64,000 bases of DNA from Octopus vulgaris (Eukaryota). A program made the translations under genes and the position numbers. A model generated the notes under the pieces. It did no database searches, was not told the origin of the DNA, and saw nothing but the letters and a program-made list of their open reading frames with translations. Position 1 is the stretch's first letter, and the number at the start of each line of letters is the position of its first letter. This document shows positions 24,839 through 35,540 of this stretch, piece by piece. The DNA lies in contig OX597823.1 of NCBI GenBank assembly GCA_951406725.2, forward strand, positions 49,538,001-49,602,000, written 5' to 3'.

Positions 24839-25895
24839 CAGTTCTATATTTAAGAGATGAGGAATTATGTACATTACTTACATTTGGCGGATATTAGTCC
24901 TCATCTTGTTTGTTGTTAACACAACGTTTCGGCTGATATACCCTCCAGCGTTGGGGAAAATTTAAACCTGGGTTCTCATTCCAAAGGTATTTTTTGATAT
25001 TATTATTTTCATTATTATCATTATTATTATTATTATTATTCATGTCACTGCTTGGAATCAAACTCAGACTCTTGGGTTTAGTAGCCTGCACTCTTAACCA
25101 CTATGCCATATGCCTGTGACCAATTATGGAGTGAATTTTAGGGCTTATAAATCTAATATTTTCCAATCCTTCCTTAATACTGGTTCCCATATGCTACTCA
25201 TATCTGCACTCGGTCTGCATAGAAGGTTGTTATGTCCTAGCATATGTGCTACTTCTTTTAGTTCTCGTATTTTCCACTGGTGTTCTTTGTCTATTATTTT
25301 AACTTCATCCCACAGGGGAAGGTGCTCTCCATTTTTCTATACATGATCGGCTATACCCAATTTATCGATATCTCCTTGTGTCACAGCTTTGCGATGTTCA
25401 TCTACCCTTATTTTGAGGAAGCAGCATGTTTTGCTTTTGTATAACCTACCACAGCTGCATGGGATGGAGTACATGCAATTGGTGGTTTTACTCGAAGGAG
25501 ATATTTGCGAAGTGTTGTATTACTCTTGAATACTGTCCTGTTGTCATATGGGCCACATATCTTTTGTATCTTTTCAGAGAAGACTTTCACATTGGGTAGA
25601 CAGACTGTGAACCATTTATTGGTTTCGTCCTCTATTTTCTTCATAATTGGAGTGGATAGTAAGTTTTTTGGGTAGTTGTTGCTTAATAGATTATTACTGA
25701 GTTTGATCATTTCTTCATGGTGTGTATTACGATCACTACATATATTCTTTGCACGATGTTTTAGGCACTGAGTAATCCCTCTCTTTACACTGTATGGATG
25801 GTGGGAATTGATGTTTAGGTGTTGTCCAGTGAAGGTCAGCTTGCGGTATACGGATGTCCTGAAGCCATACTTGGTGCATGTTGTTAATACATCCA
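24839..25895 (-). mobile_element. Penelope-like element, 5'-truncated, left arm of an inverted pair
   Basis: Minus-strand translation gives DVLTTCTKYGFRTSVYRKLTFTGQHLNINSHHPYSVKRGITQCLKHRAKNIC..LLSNNYP (PLE RT C-terminus), then a frameshifted GIY-YIG region ending ..WKIRELKEVAHM..WEPVL..*. A tRNA-like segment, (AAT)n and a pLTR-like 3' end follow. Confidence 0.9.
25042..25115 (-). other. tRNA-like Pol III cassette (mirror copy in the left Penelope arm)
   Basis: The reverse complement GGCATATGGCATAGTGGTTAAGAGTGCAGGCTACTAAACCCAAGAGTCTGAGTTTGATTCCAAGCAGTGAC aligns with 26725-26797. Confidence 0.75.
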
Positions 25896-26866
25896 ATTCA
25901 CAATGAAAAAGGAAAAAGACAATCAGCTAGCATTCCTGGACGTATTAATAACATGCACCAAGTATGGAGTCAGGACATCCATATACTGCAAGCCAACCTT
26001 CACTGGATGATGCCTCAACTTCATCTCCCACCATCCATACAGTGTGAAGAGAGGGATTGCTCAGTGCCTAAAATATCATGTTACGAATATAAGTAGTGAT
26101 CATGATACACACCACAAAGAAATGATCAAGCTCAATAACAATCTATTAAGCAACAACTACCCCCAAAACATACTATCCACTCCAATTATGAAGAAAAGAG
26201 AGGATGAAACCAATAAACTGTCCACAGTCTGTCTAAACCTGTGTGAAAGGCCTCTCCGAAAAGATACAAAAGATATGTGGCCCATATGACATCAGGACAG
26301 TATTCAAGAGTAATACAACACTTTGCAAATATCTCCTTCGAGTAAAACCACCAATAGAAGAGAATATGACCAAAGACTGCATGTACTCCATCCCATGCAG
26401 TTGTGGTAGGTTATACAAAGGCGAAACATGCTGCCCCCTCAAAATAAGAGTAGAAGAACATCGCAAAGCTGTGACACTAGGAGATATTGATAAATCGGGT
26501 ATAGCTGATCATGTATGGAAAAGCGGAGAGCACCTTCCCCTGTGGGATGAAGTTAAAATAATAGACAGAGAACACCACTGAAGAATACGAGCAGATATGC
26601 TAAGATACAACAACCTTTTAAGCAGACCGAGTGCTGATATGAATAGCACATGGGAACCAGTATTAAGTAAGGATAGGAAAATATTAGATTTATAAGCCCT
26701 AAAATTCTCTCCATAATTGCTCATGGGTATATGGCGTAGTGGTTAAGAGTGCGAACTACTAACCCCAAGAGTCCGAGTTCAATTCCAAGCAGTGACCTGA
26801 ATAATAATAATGAGGATGAGGACGACGACGACAACAAAAAATACCTTAGAACTGAGAACCCAGGTT
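25891..26866 (+). mobile_element. Penelope-like element, 5'-truncated, right arm of an inverted pair
   Basis: IQFTMKKEKDNQLAFLDVLI (RT C-terminal motif) is followed by the GIY-YIG domain CMYSIPCSCGRLYKGETCCPLKIRVEEH..SGIADHVW..H..WDEVKIIDRE, with stops and frameshifts. Confidence 0.9.
26725..26797 (+). other. tRNA-like Pol III cassette inside the Penelope 3' region
   Basis: A box TGGCGTAGTGG (26732-26742), anticodon-like loop CTACTAA and B box GAGTTCAATTCC (26775-26786). The acceptor stem pairs poorly, so this is not called a functional tRNA. Confidence 0.75.
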
Positions 26867-26973
26867 ACTGAGGCTGCAGTAAAAGACACTTGTACAAGGT
26901 GCCATGCAGTGGGACTGAACCTGGAACCATGTAGTTGGGATCAAGTGTCTAACCATACAACCATGCCTGCACC
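26867..26973 (-). mobile_element. SINE family A head fragment (right of the Penelope palindrome)
   Basis: GAGGCTGCAGTAAAAGACACTTGTACAAGGTGCCATGCAGTGGGACTGAACCTGGAACCATG..CCATGCCTGCACC. Confidence 0.75.
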
Positions 26974-26992
26974 TTTTGTTAAATGAAATTGA

Positions 26993-27177
26993 ACTTAGCA
27001 TTTAAACCAGCCATACCCAGGCAAAATATTCTACCTGTTTTACTTTCAAATTGATCAGATCTGATTTCTCACATCTGTCCTACAATGTCATACTAAAAAA
27101 TTAACAGTTGCCTCATCAAAATCTCATAGCTACAAAACAATGATTGATTCAAAACAATGTGAATGCTAAAGGGCTAA
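26993..27177 (+). mobile_element. MITE-1
   Basis: TTAGCATTTAAACCAGCCATA..GAATGCTAAAGGGCTAA. Confidence 0.75.
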
Positions 27178-27227
27178 TAACAAATTACATATAAATGTTT
27201 GATATTCTGGTTTTCTCTGTTTACTCA

Positions 27228-27252
27228 CATATTTTTTTTTCTTATCTTTCAG
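27228..27252 (+). promoter_or_regulatory. 3' splice acceptor (polypyrimidine tract + AG) of the zinc-finger exon
   Basis: The tract ttttttttt-cttatctttcAG ends 16 nt before the ATG. Confidence 0.75.
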
Positions 27253-27268
27253 AAATTCCAAGAGCAAG

Positions 27269-28918
27269 ATGAGTGTGGTTTCCACATCTCCAAATAGCAG
27301 TTATCCTCCTGTTAAAGAACCTAATAATTTGATGTGTCGATACTGTGCTATGCAGTTTGACACGGAGGATGAGCTCAATGCTCATGTACTTTCACATTCA
27401 CGTGGGGCTGCTCCTTTGAAATGTACACTGTGTGGTCAAACATACCGCACTTCATCAAAACTTCAACGTCACATACGGGTACATAGTGGAGAAAAGCCAT
27501 ACATCTGTCATATATGTGGACGCCGATTTTCTCGCTCGGATCATCTGAAACAACACTCAAAAGTGCATTCTAACCACCGAACGAAGAATACTTGTAGAAT
27601 CTGTAATGCAAGGTTTGTGGCCTCCCATCTATTAAAATCTCATCTACGTAGTCATGGAATAAAATCTGTCCAGACGTGTGAAACCTGTGGAGAGGCATTT
27701 GAAACTTGCATCGAATTAGAAAAACATCAAAAGTTACATGAAGTAAAACAAAGTACGGTTGCGAAAGTACGGAGAAAAAATAGCCTAACTCCTGAAGAAG
27801 TGTCAAATGGTGATACTGAAACAACAACTGAAGAGCCACCTGTTATTGAAGGTGCAAAATGGACTGGCTGTGCACGTTTCTGTTTGGTAAGCTCTCAACC
27901 AGCAGAAAATGAAACAAGCACCTATAGCATTGAAACAGTTGAAAATAGTGAAAAAGGCTGGATGCAAATCCTTGGCCAGCTAGCAGAAGCTGATTATGCA
28001 GAACATAATGCTGCCAAGAGTGAAAATTTAAATGAAACTGTTGTAAACTATGACGTGTCCCAGAAATCCAGCACTATTCACAGCACTAACTTAGAAGAGA
28101 ATAATAACCAAATGTTAGAGACTAAGGAAATTAGTGATCAAATAAATGACTCCAGCACAAAAAGTCCTAGTCCTCTTCTAACTATTCAAGAATCTGCTAA
28201 TGATGATGATGATTTTGTTGATGAGGAAGAGGAAGAGGAGGATAATGAACATTCAGAGGAGATAATAAAATCCTCAACTATTAAACATGAGCCTGGTGGT
28301 GATATTGAAGAAGAGGAGGAAGGTGGTGAGAATGATGACGAAGAAGGGGAGGAGGATATTGAACCAAACTGTGATGAGCTATCTTGTGATGAAAGAATGG
28401 AAGTGATAGAAGCAAGTGAGGAGTTTAGTGATGATGAATCAACAAATACTGCCCTAAAAGTTTGTTACTCACTGGTAGGCAGTGGGGAAGAGTTTGAGAA
28501 CATAGAAGCTGAAACTATTACTGATGGTACCAAAATGTTTGTTGTACCTAGCACTTCTGACTTTGAGAAAAATGACCAAGAAGAGGATATTTCTGATAAC
28601 ATAAGAAATGGCGAAGTAGATTTTGATAACCAACAAATCAGTTATACAATTAGTTTGGTTGACAAGCAACCTCTGGAAAGTGATCAAACTGCCAACAACA
28701 GCAGAACCGGACCATTTCAAATTGGTAACAAAAAAATCAGCAATTGCAAACATTGCGGGATTTGGTTTGAAGATTTTGCTATCTACATGTTACACAACAG
28801 TCTACACCTTGGAAATGATGATCCATTCACCTGTAAGAAATGCCTTAAGAAACTAGGTAACCGCCTGGAATTTATGGCACATCTTATGTGGCATCTGGAG
28901 CCACCTGTGTCCGCATGA
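27269..28918 (+). CDS. C2H2 zinc-finger protein (5 N-terminal fingers, acidic linker, C-terminal Ikaros/Hunchback-type finger pair); probably the terminal coding exon
   Basis: Uninterrupted 549-aa ORF. Fingers: CRYC..HVLSH, CTLC..HIRVH with SGEKPY linker, CHIC..RSDHLKQHSKVH, CRIC..HLRSH, CETC..HQKLH. D/E-rich tract follows. C-terminus is CKHCGIWFEDFAIYMLHNSLH..DPFTCKKC..NRLEFMAHLMWH. The frame is also open from the splice acceptor at 27252 to the ATG, so the protein may start in an upstream exon. Confidence 0.93.
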   Translation: MSVVSTSPNSSYPPVKEPNNLMCRYCAMQFDTEDELNAHVLSHSRGAAPLKCTLCGQTYRTSSKLQRHIRVHSGEKPYICHICGRRFSRSDHLKQHSKVHSNHRTKNTCRICNARFVASHLLKSHLRSHGIKSVQTCETCGEAFETCIELEKHQKLHEVKQSTVAKVRRKNSLTPEEVSNGDTETTTEEPPVIEGAKWTGCARFCLVSSQPAENETSTYSIETVENSEKGWMQILGQLAEADYAEHNAAKSENLNETVVNYDVSQKSSTIHSTNLEENNNQMLETKEISDQINDSSTKSPSPLLTIQESANDDDDFVDEEEEEEDNEHSEEIIKSSTIKHEPGGDIEEEEEGGENDDEEGEEDIEPNCDELSCDERMEVIEASEEFSDDESTNTALKVCYSLVGSGEEFENIEAETITDGTKMFVVPSTSDFEKNDQEEDISDNIRNGEVDFDNQQISYTISLVDKQPLESDQTANNSRTGPFQIGNKKISNCKHCGIWFEDFAIYMLHNSLHLGNDDPFTCKKCLKKLGNRLEFMAHLMWHLEPPVSA

Positions 28919-28960
28919 GCTGATCAACTAGCTTTTTACTTATTTAGAGGACTGCACTAC

Positions 28961-28966
28961 AATAAA
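28961..28966 (+). terminator. candidate proximal polyadenylation signal AATAAA
   Basis: AATAAA lies 43 nt after the stop codon. The hexamer is common by chance in such AT-rich DNA. Confidence 0.3.
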
Positions 28967-29541
28967 TTGACTGGTTCTGTTGGTAAAAATGTAACCTACA
29001 AGCTGTATATCTCACTCAAGAGATCACAATTTTCACCCTATTTCTCGAGCCATAATATTTGTCTATTATTTACACCTTCCGTTATCTTGCCTGTAAACAA
29101 AAGATCATCAAGTATGGAATCACTTTGACGGCTGTTAATCCAGAGCAAATTTTAAAGTTTCTTTTCAGTTTTATTTAAATAGCTATTTCTTCTTTGTCAC
29201 ATCTTTCTTCTTCTTTTTCCTCTTCTTCATCTTCTTCATCTTATATATAATTTGCCCTAGATTACTGTTATTCTACACCAGTTTCTTTATTTTGTTCTAT
29301 TGAATCAGTTAAATAGTATATTAACTTGCAAATTGTTGACCTTCAGTTTTATGAAAAAAAAAAAGTCTATTCTCTTGTTGACCTATTGAAAATTTTATTT
29401 CATTTTTATTTATTTATTTTTAATTTTTCTTTTTAATTGTGTCTTTCCATTTTTAGAAAACCTATATTTCAGAAAGAAAGGAACTAGTATTTTTATTGTT
29501 AATATTGTTATTAGCCTTGTGCCAAGGAAAAAAATTATTAC

Positions 29542-29586
<45 letters not shown>

Positions 29587-30240
29587 CATTATTATTATTA
29601 AAGAATTGACAAGGAAGCGAATTTCAACTACTTTTGCATATTAATTTTATTTTTACCTGGACACCACTTCTCTTGTATCATATTTCCCAAATAATTCCTA
29701 TCACTATGTCAGATGAAGTTAAATATTCCTCAATCGGAATATAAAGTTATCACATTTACTGTTTCCCAGTTTCAACATTGTATCATATTTCCTTGAGATA
29801 ATTCTAAAACTGATTTCTTTTAAATTGATGTAAAACAAAACAAAATGAAACAAAGGCATATATAAAAAAAATATATAAAAAAATTTATTTAAAACCATAT
29901 TTATTTATTTCTGATAAATTTTAGGGTAAACATTCAGTAGGTCACTCCAATCCTTCTGCTTTCTAAATTGCTTGAGAATATTGGCAAATTAATCATTGCC
30001 AAGCAATATAAATAACAATACAATACCAAACTTATGCTATTTCAAAGGGTCTGTTTCTTGAGAGATGCTACCAATGTCAGTATGAATCCCTTTGCATACT
30101 AAACTAACTGGAACCTTTTGATGGTTCTGCTAAAAAAGAGAAAAAGGTTTAAAAAAAGAACAAGTCTGTACCAGTGTGTCTTTATTGTACTGTTTCAGTT
30201 TGAAAGCTAAAGCAATACATGACTGTGGCTACCATAAGTC

Positions 30241-30260
30241 ATATATATATATATGTAAGT

Positions 30261-30305
<45 letters not shown>

Positions 30306-30512
30306 TATATATATAATGTGTATGTATGTAGATATATATGCGTGTGTGTGTGTGTGTGGATATATATGTGTGTATTTATATATATGTGCACATATATATA
30401 TGTACACACATGTATATATTATACATATGTATGTATATGTATGCGTGTATATATATATATGTATATGTGTGTATGTATATACACACAACACACACACACA
30501 TGCACACACACA
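30241..30512. repeat. compound (TA)/(TG)/(CA) microsatellite
   Basis: Directly visible alternating purine-pyrimidine run. Confidence 0.9.
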
Positions 30513-31311
30513 AAATAAAACTCAGGAGAGTAAAACATGTCAGCCATCATGTTCAAAGTGATGCCTTTTTCCACAGTTAGATATTCAACCATTTTTTTTT
30601 CTTTTTCTAAAATCAGATTTCCTAAAACAAACAAAAAGAAAATACTACATTTAGAAACTTATAACCAATTAGTGAAATTGCTTATTTAGCTGCTATTATT
30701 TTAGTTTATTGTTGTTATTATTGTTATTGTTATTATTACTATCATTATTGTTCCATTTGTCTTTCTTTCTGTCAATCATTATTATTAGTATTATTTTTAT
30801 GATTATCATTATTATTTTTTTTTTTTTTTTTTTTTTTTAATATCTTTAATTCTTGGACATTTTATCTCTTCTGTGTTGTAAATACACATTTTACACATAC
30901 ACACATCTTTTAACATAGGTTTATGAAATATTGAAGAAAAGAAAAAACAACCAAAAAAACAAAAGAACTTTTCAAAATTAAAATTTAAAAAAAAACAAAA
31001 AATGTAATTTAATATTTAATAATTTAAAGAAAGACCCATAATCATGTCACTCAAGATGTATCTCAGACTTGAGAGAGTGGCCAAAGAAAAAAAATAAAAT
31101 CTGAATATTTTCAATTTAATGGTTTCTTAAAACTAAAGATGTGTTGTCGTTGTGTGTATATGTGTGCACATATATATATACACACATACACAGAACACAT
31201 ACAGAGTTACACATACACACATACAAACACATACGCACATGTTTTAGGCAGTTATCTTTGTTTTATTCATGTTCAGAGTCATTTTCAAGCTTTCTTTTTT
31301 TTCTCTGCCTT

Positions 31312-31342
<31 letters not shown>

Positions 31343-33294
31343 TTGTCTTAGTCTATCTATCTATCTTTCTTGTCTATCTCTCAAGATTAACAGCTTGGTC
31401 AGCTTTCAATCAAAGCATTGCTTTTTTTTTTTTTCTGTCTCTCCCGCTCTAAAGAAATCCTTAAACGATTTTTTTTTTCATGATTACAGCCTTCTGGAAG
31501 TCTTAGGAATTAAATAATAAGGAAAAAAAAGTATGTTTCTATTTTCAAAGCTGCTTCAAAACAACGAATATTAACCAAATGTTAGGGTTTTTAACAACTG
31601 TGCTTGACATTGACTTTCTGGTATCTTGATGGTTGGGTTTGTCTTTTGAATATACTACTGTAGACCTACTGAAAATATCTTGAAGAAAAGCCATTTTGTC
31701 TTCATTTATGTTTTTTTTTTCTTCTTCTGACATATTCTTTTCAAGTTATTCTTTTTAGAAAATATAGTTTATACTGTCTTCCATCTATTTTTCCCTATTG
31801 GTGGTAGCCCAAATTATTTCTCCCCAATCAGCAAAATCTCTTTATAGAAAACTACTTCATCAATTTGCATATAGAAATTTGAAATGTTCAGCTGTTAGAT
31901 GAGCTTTTCAATATCTTATTTTTTAAAATGTTATGTGAAGATATATGAAGTTGTAATATTTTAAGAGTTTATTGAATTCTCAAATGTTAATTATTTCCAG
32001 TTAAATTTTATCTAATTTTAGAAATGTAATATATTTTTTTTTATTTTCATTTTTTTCCAGACAGAATGATGATGTAATTTTTTTCATGTCAACCAGTTAT
32101 AAAAACGCTGATTCAAGATGTAGTCAGCCCCTAAATTCAACTGAAATTAGGAGAATTTCCTATTTAAAACCTACCCTTATATCATTATTACTAATGTCTA
32201 ATTGTAGGGGTTTTTTTTGGTTTTTTTTCCTCTCATTTGGTTTTACAGTTTTATACCTGTGTACATACAGGGTAATGATTACTAGTGATTAATCAAACCG
32301 AGGCCTTCTTTTTAGATTAATTTTCCTGCTTTTTATAGTCTTCTGTATCAATTATATTACAAAAAAAAAATGTGAAAGCTTAAGAAATTTTTGTCGTATT
32401 ATTTTAAGGATCTATTTTTATTCTTCCTTTTTAAACTTTTGTCTTCTGAAATGTTCTGTTCCATTCTCAACAGGAACAATTCCTGTTTGGAACTGAGCCA
32501 TGTACAGTATTTGTGACATTCATTGTTACTGACCTCATCCTAATTAATGACAGTTAGCTATATATAAAAGATAAAGAGTTATAATGACTCACTTTAATCT
32601 CAACTAACAGATACCATCTTATAAACTGACTCCTTATTCTGCACAACGTTGTTTAGTATCACCTCCAATTCACTCATATAAACATATAAGCTTGGTGATG
32701 GAAAAAAAAAGTAACTTTTTGAAGAAGTCTTCTTTCTCTACAGGCTGTGTATTTTCCATTTTGGAATCACCATTAGGATTCTGTAAAATAATGGTAATTC
32801 TGACTTAAGATGGAAGTATTTTATTTTTGCAATCCCCAAATTTAATTTATAATTTGATTTAAAAGACAAAGGAATAAACTGTATATATATATATTTACTG
32901 TCTATTTAATTGTGGCAGTTCTTAAAAATAATTATACACTATCTGTTTTGCCTTTACTTTTTGGCTCTTCAACTCATATCCCCCTACTTCACTATTTTAG
33001 TTAATTCTGCAAACTGATGCTGTGAAATATGGAAACCACAAAGCAAAGGAAGTTATAAAAATAAGAATTTTAGAACAATAAATTGCTTAATATTTCTTTT
33101 GTTTATGTATAATGTTGACCATGTTATGTATTAGATCTCTAAACTTTAAAAATGACTTTTTTTTTTCAAATTTACTTGGTTTGGGTTCTGAAAATTAACG
33201 CAGAACCACGAAACCACAAGCTGTTGCCCTCCTCTATTTGAAAAAAGAAAATAAACCAACATTTGATTTAAACTTGTTAGGAACAAGTTAGCTT

Positions 33295-33472
33295 CTACAT
33301 GGTGACCCAACATGCTAGAAATAACAGCTAAATTCCTTCAACTACACCCTGCCATTTTAACAAAAAGGCACATTTTATGATGTCTGTATTATACAAAAAA
33401 AAAAAAAAACTGATGTGATAGTCACAGTTGTAATACCTTTGATCAAGTAAAATCTGGGACTAAACTATAACT
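33295..33472 (+). mobile_element. old SINE-like repeat (family F)
   Basis: GGTGACCCAACATGCTAGAAATAACAGCTAAATTCCTTCAACTACACCCT resembles the split copy at 17444-17503 plus 17977-18072. Confidence 0.5.
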
Positions 33473-34821
33473 TGTCAGGACAGCTGTTTCTGTTTACAAT
33501 TGACAATGGTATTTTTTGGATGCTAAATCCAGACAAAACAAGCTAAAAATAATTTTATTTCCAGTTTGTAAAATATTGTTTTAAAATGTATGCAATTAAC
33601 ACATAAATGACCACATTATATAATTTATATAGTGTCTAGCTAACCAAAATTCTTCAATTCCTTATGTGCAACAGACATGATTTCATTTCATAATAATTGC
33701 TGTTCTGTGTACACCTGCATTATTCACCACTTTCTGTTGGAATCTTAATTTGGTCAACATCTATATCTATTCAACTCTGAAAAAATTACGCAATATTATT
33801 GCTCTTGACATTATTTAAAGCAATTGTTATGGCAATACTTATAATTATTTAGCTTCTTACTTCTTGATTAACAAGAAAGTTTTAATTACATCCCAAACTG
33901 GTCAAACTACTACTAATTGCAGTTTTATGGAGCTGTAACATATGTTGACCTTCCAATGTTTGGGCATTTTTCTCTTCTTTTTTTTTCTTTTCTTTTTCTC
34001 TCTTATCTTCTTCAGACTACAGCATTCTGAATGAATTCTTTTAATCTTCTGATCTTTTAAACCATTATCATTTTCTTTTAATTCGTTCGCTCTGTGCTTT
34101 CTGTTTTTGTCCCTAACCTACATAGGATGCTTAAATATTTCAACATCTTTTGGATATGAATATTGAATGTTTTTTTGTTGTTATTATTATCAAATCATTT
34201 CAGGTTCAAATCTTTGAACTGTTTTACAGATAACATTTATGTCTTAATATTAAATGCCTCTTTTTTTTTTTTTATGTGGCTTCCTAGCATAGACTACTAT
34301 TTTCTTCTCTTTGTAACATTCTGTGATATATTTCCATAGTATATTGGTACAATTTAGCATGCCCACACTCACAGCCACTCTGAAAAACATAACATTGAAT
34401 TCATTTAATTTTCTCATATTTTCTTCATGAGTTTTGCTGTAAATTAATGAGAATTGGAAGCATTTCATGGAATGCTCAGTATGAGGTTATGAGTTCTAAC
34501 TTTTCTTCAGCTATTGATATGTGCTCTAATGCAAGAGAAATTATCTGCTGCAGTTGTTTCTGTACAAATGCCTAAATTTGTAGAACTTTGCAACTCATGC
34601 TAGCAAGTGATAAAAAAATTCCATGATATCTTGATGGATCTATGTGATAATGATTATTTGCAGTGCTGTTGATGCTTGTCAGTGTTAACTACAAAATAAC
34701 TCTTAGAGTTTAGTGGATGAAAATGAAGTGGTATTCTGTTGGGCTATTATGCTATAACTTACAAAGCCTATCTTTTGAAAGATTTGATAAGTTATTTTTG
34801 TGTCTTGATCATAGTTATATA

Positions 34822-34863
<42 letters not shown>

Positions 34864-35249
34864 CATAATTATCATTGAATTATATGGAGTATGGTAGCAG
34901 TAACTATTGTTTTTTTTTTTTCATCTTCACTATTACATAATGTGATGAAATGGCATCTCAAGTAACTGCATGAGTATCTAGCTAGAAAATCTTGTAACTC
35001 GTATGACCAATATAACAAGTGGAAAATTGAAACTGACAATTTGTAAATTAGTACAGTGACGTTAGTCATTTGGAACAAGTTACAAGCTTTATCAGTATAT
35101 TCATGTTTTTCATATTTATTGAATTTTTGTACTAACAAAACATTAAAAAAAAATTGTTAGGAAATATGAGAAAATTAAAAATGAATACATCATACTTAAA
35201 TGTAACTGTATATTCACTTTCAAATGTTTCACTGAAATGTTATGGTTGC

Positions 35250-35540
35250 TTATATACATATGCATACATACATATATATATACATGTGTATATATATTTA
35301 TATATATGTATATATATATATATATATATTCTACATATGTATATGCTCATGTGTGTATATATTTGTGTGTGTGTGAGCATGTTTGTGTGTGTGCATATAA
35401 TGATTATATATGTTGGTGTGTATATTCAGTGTTCGTGTATATGTGTGTATCTAAATATATATATATGATATATTGTGTATATATATATATATTCATATAT
35501 ATATATATATATATGTATATATATGTATATATATATGCAT
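35250..35540. repeat. compound (TA)/(TG) microsatellite
   Basis: Directly visible. Confidence 0.9.

Noticed and set aside
26725-26797. Functional tRNA gene (ACT anticodon-like loop)
   Set aside because: The acceptor stem pairs poorly, there is no long variable arm as expected for tRNA-Ser, and the segment is duplicated as part of the PLE.
27269-28918. Assigning the gene symbol hunchback or ikaros
   Set aside because: Only the C-terminal finger pair resembles those families. The N-terminal fingers do not match their recognition helices as I recall them.
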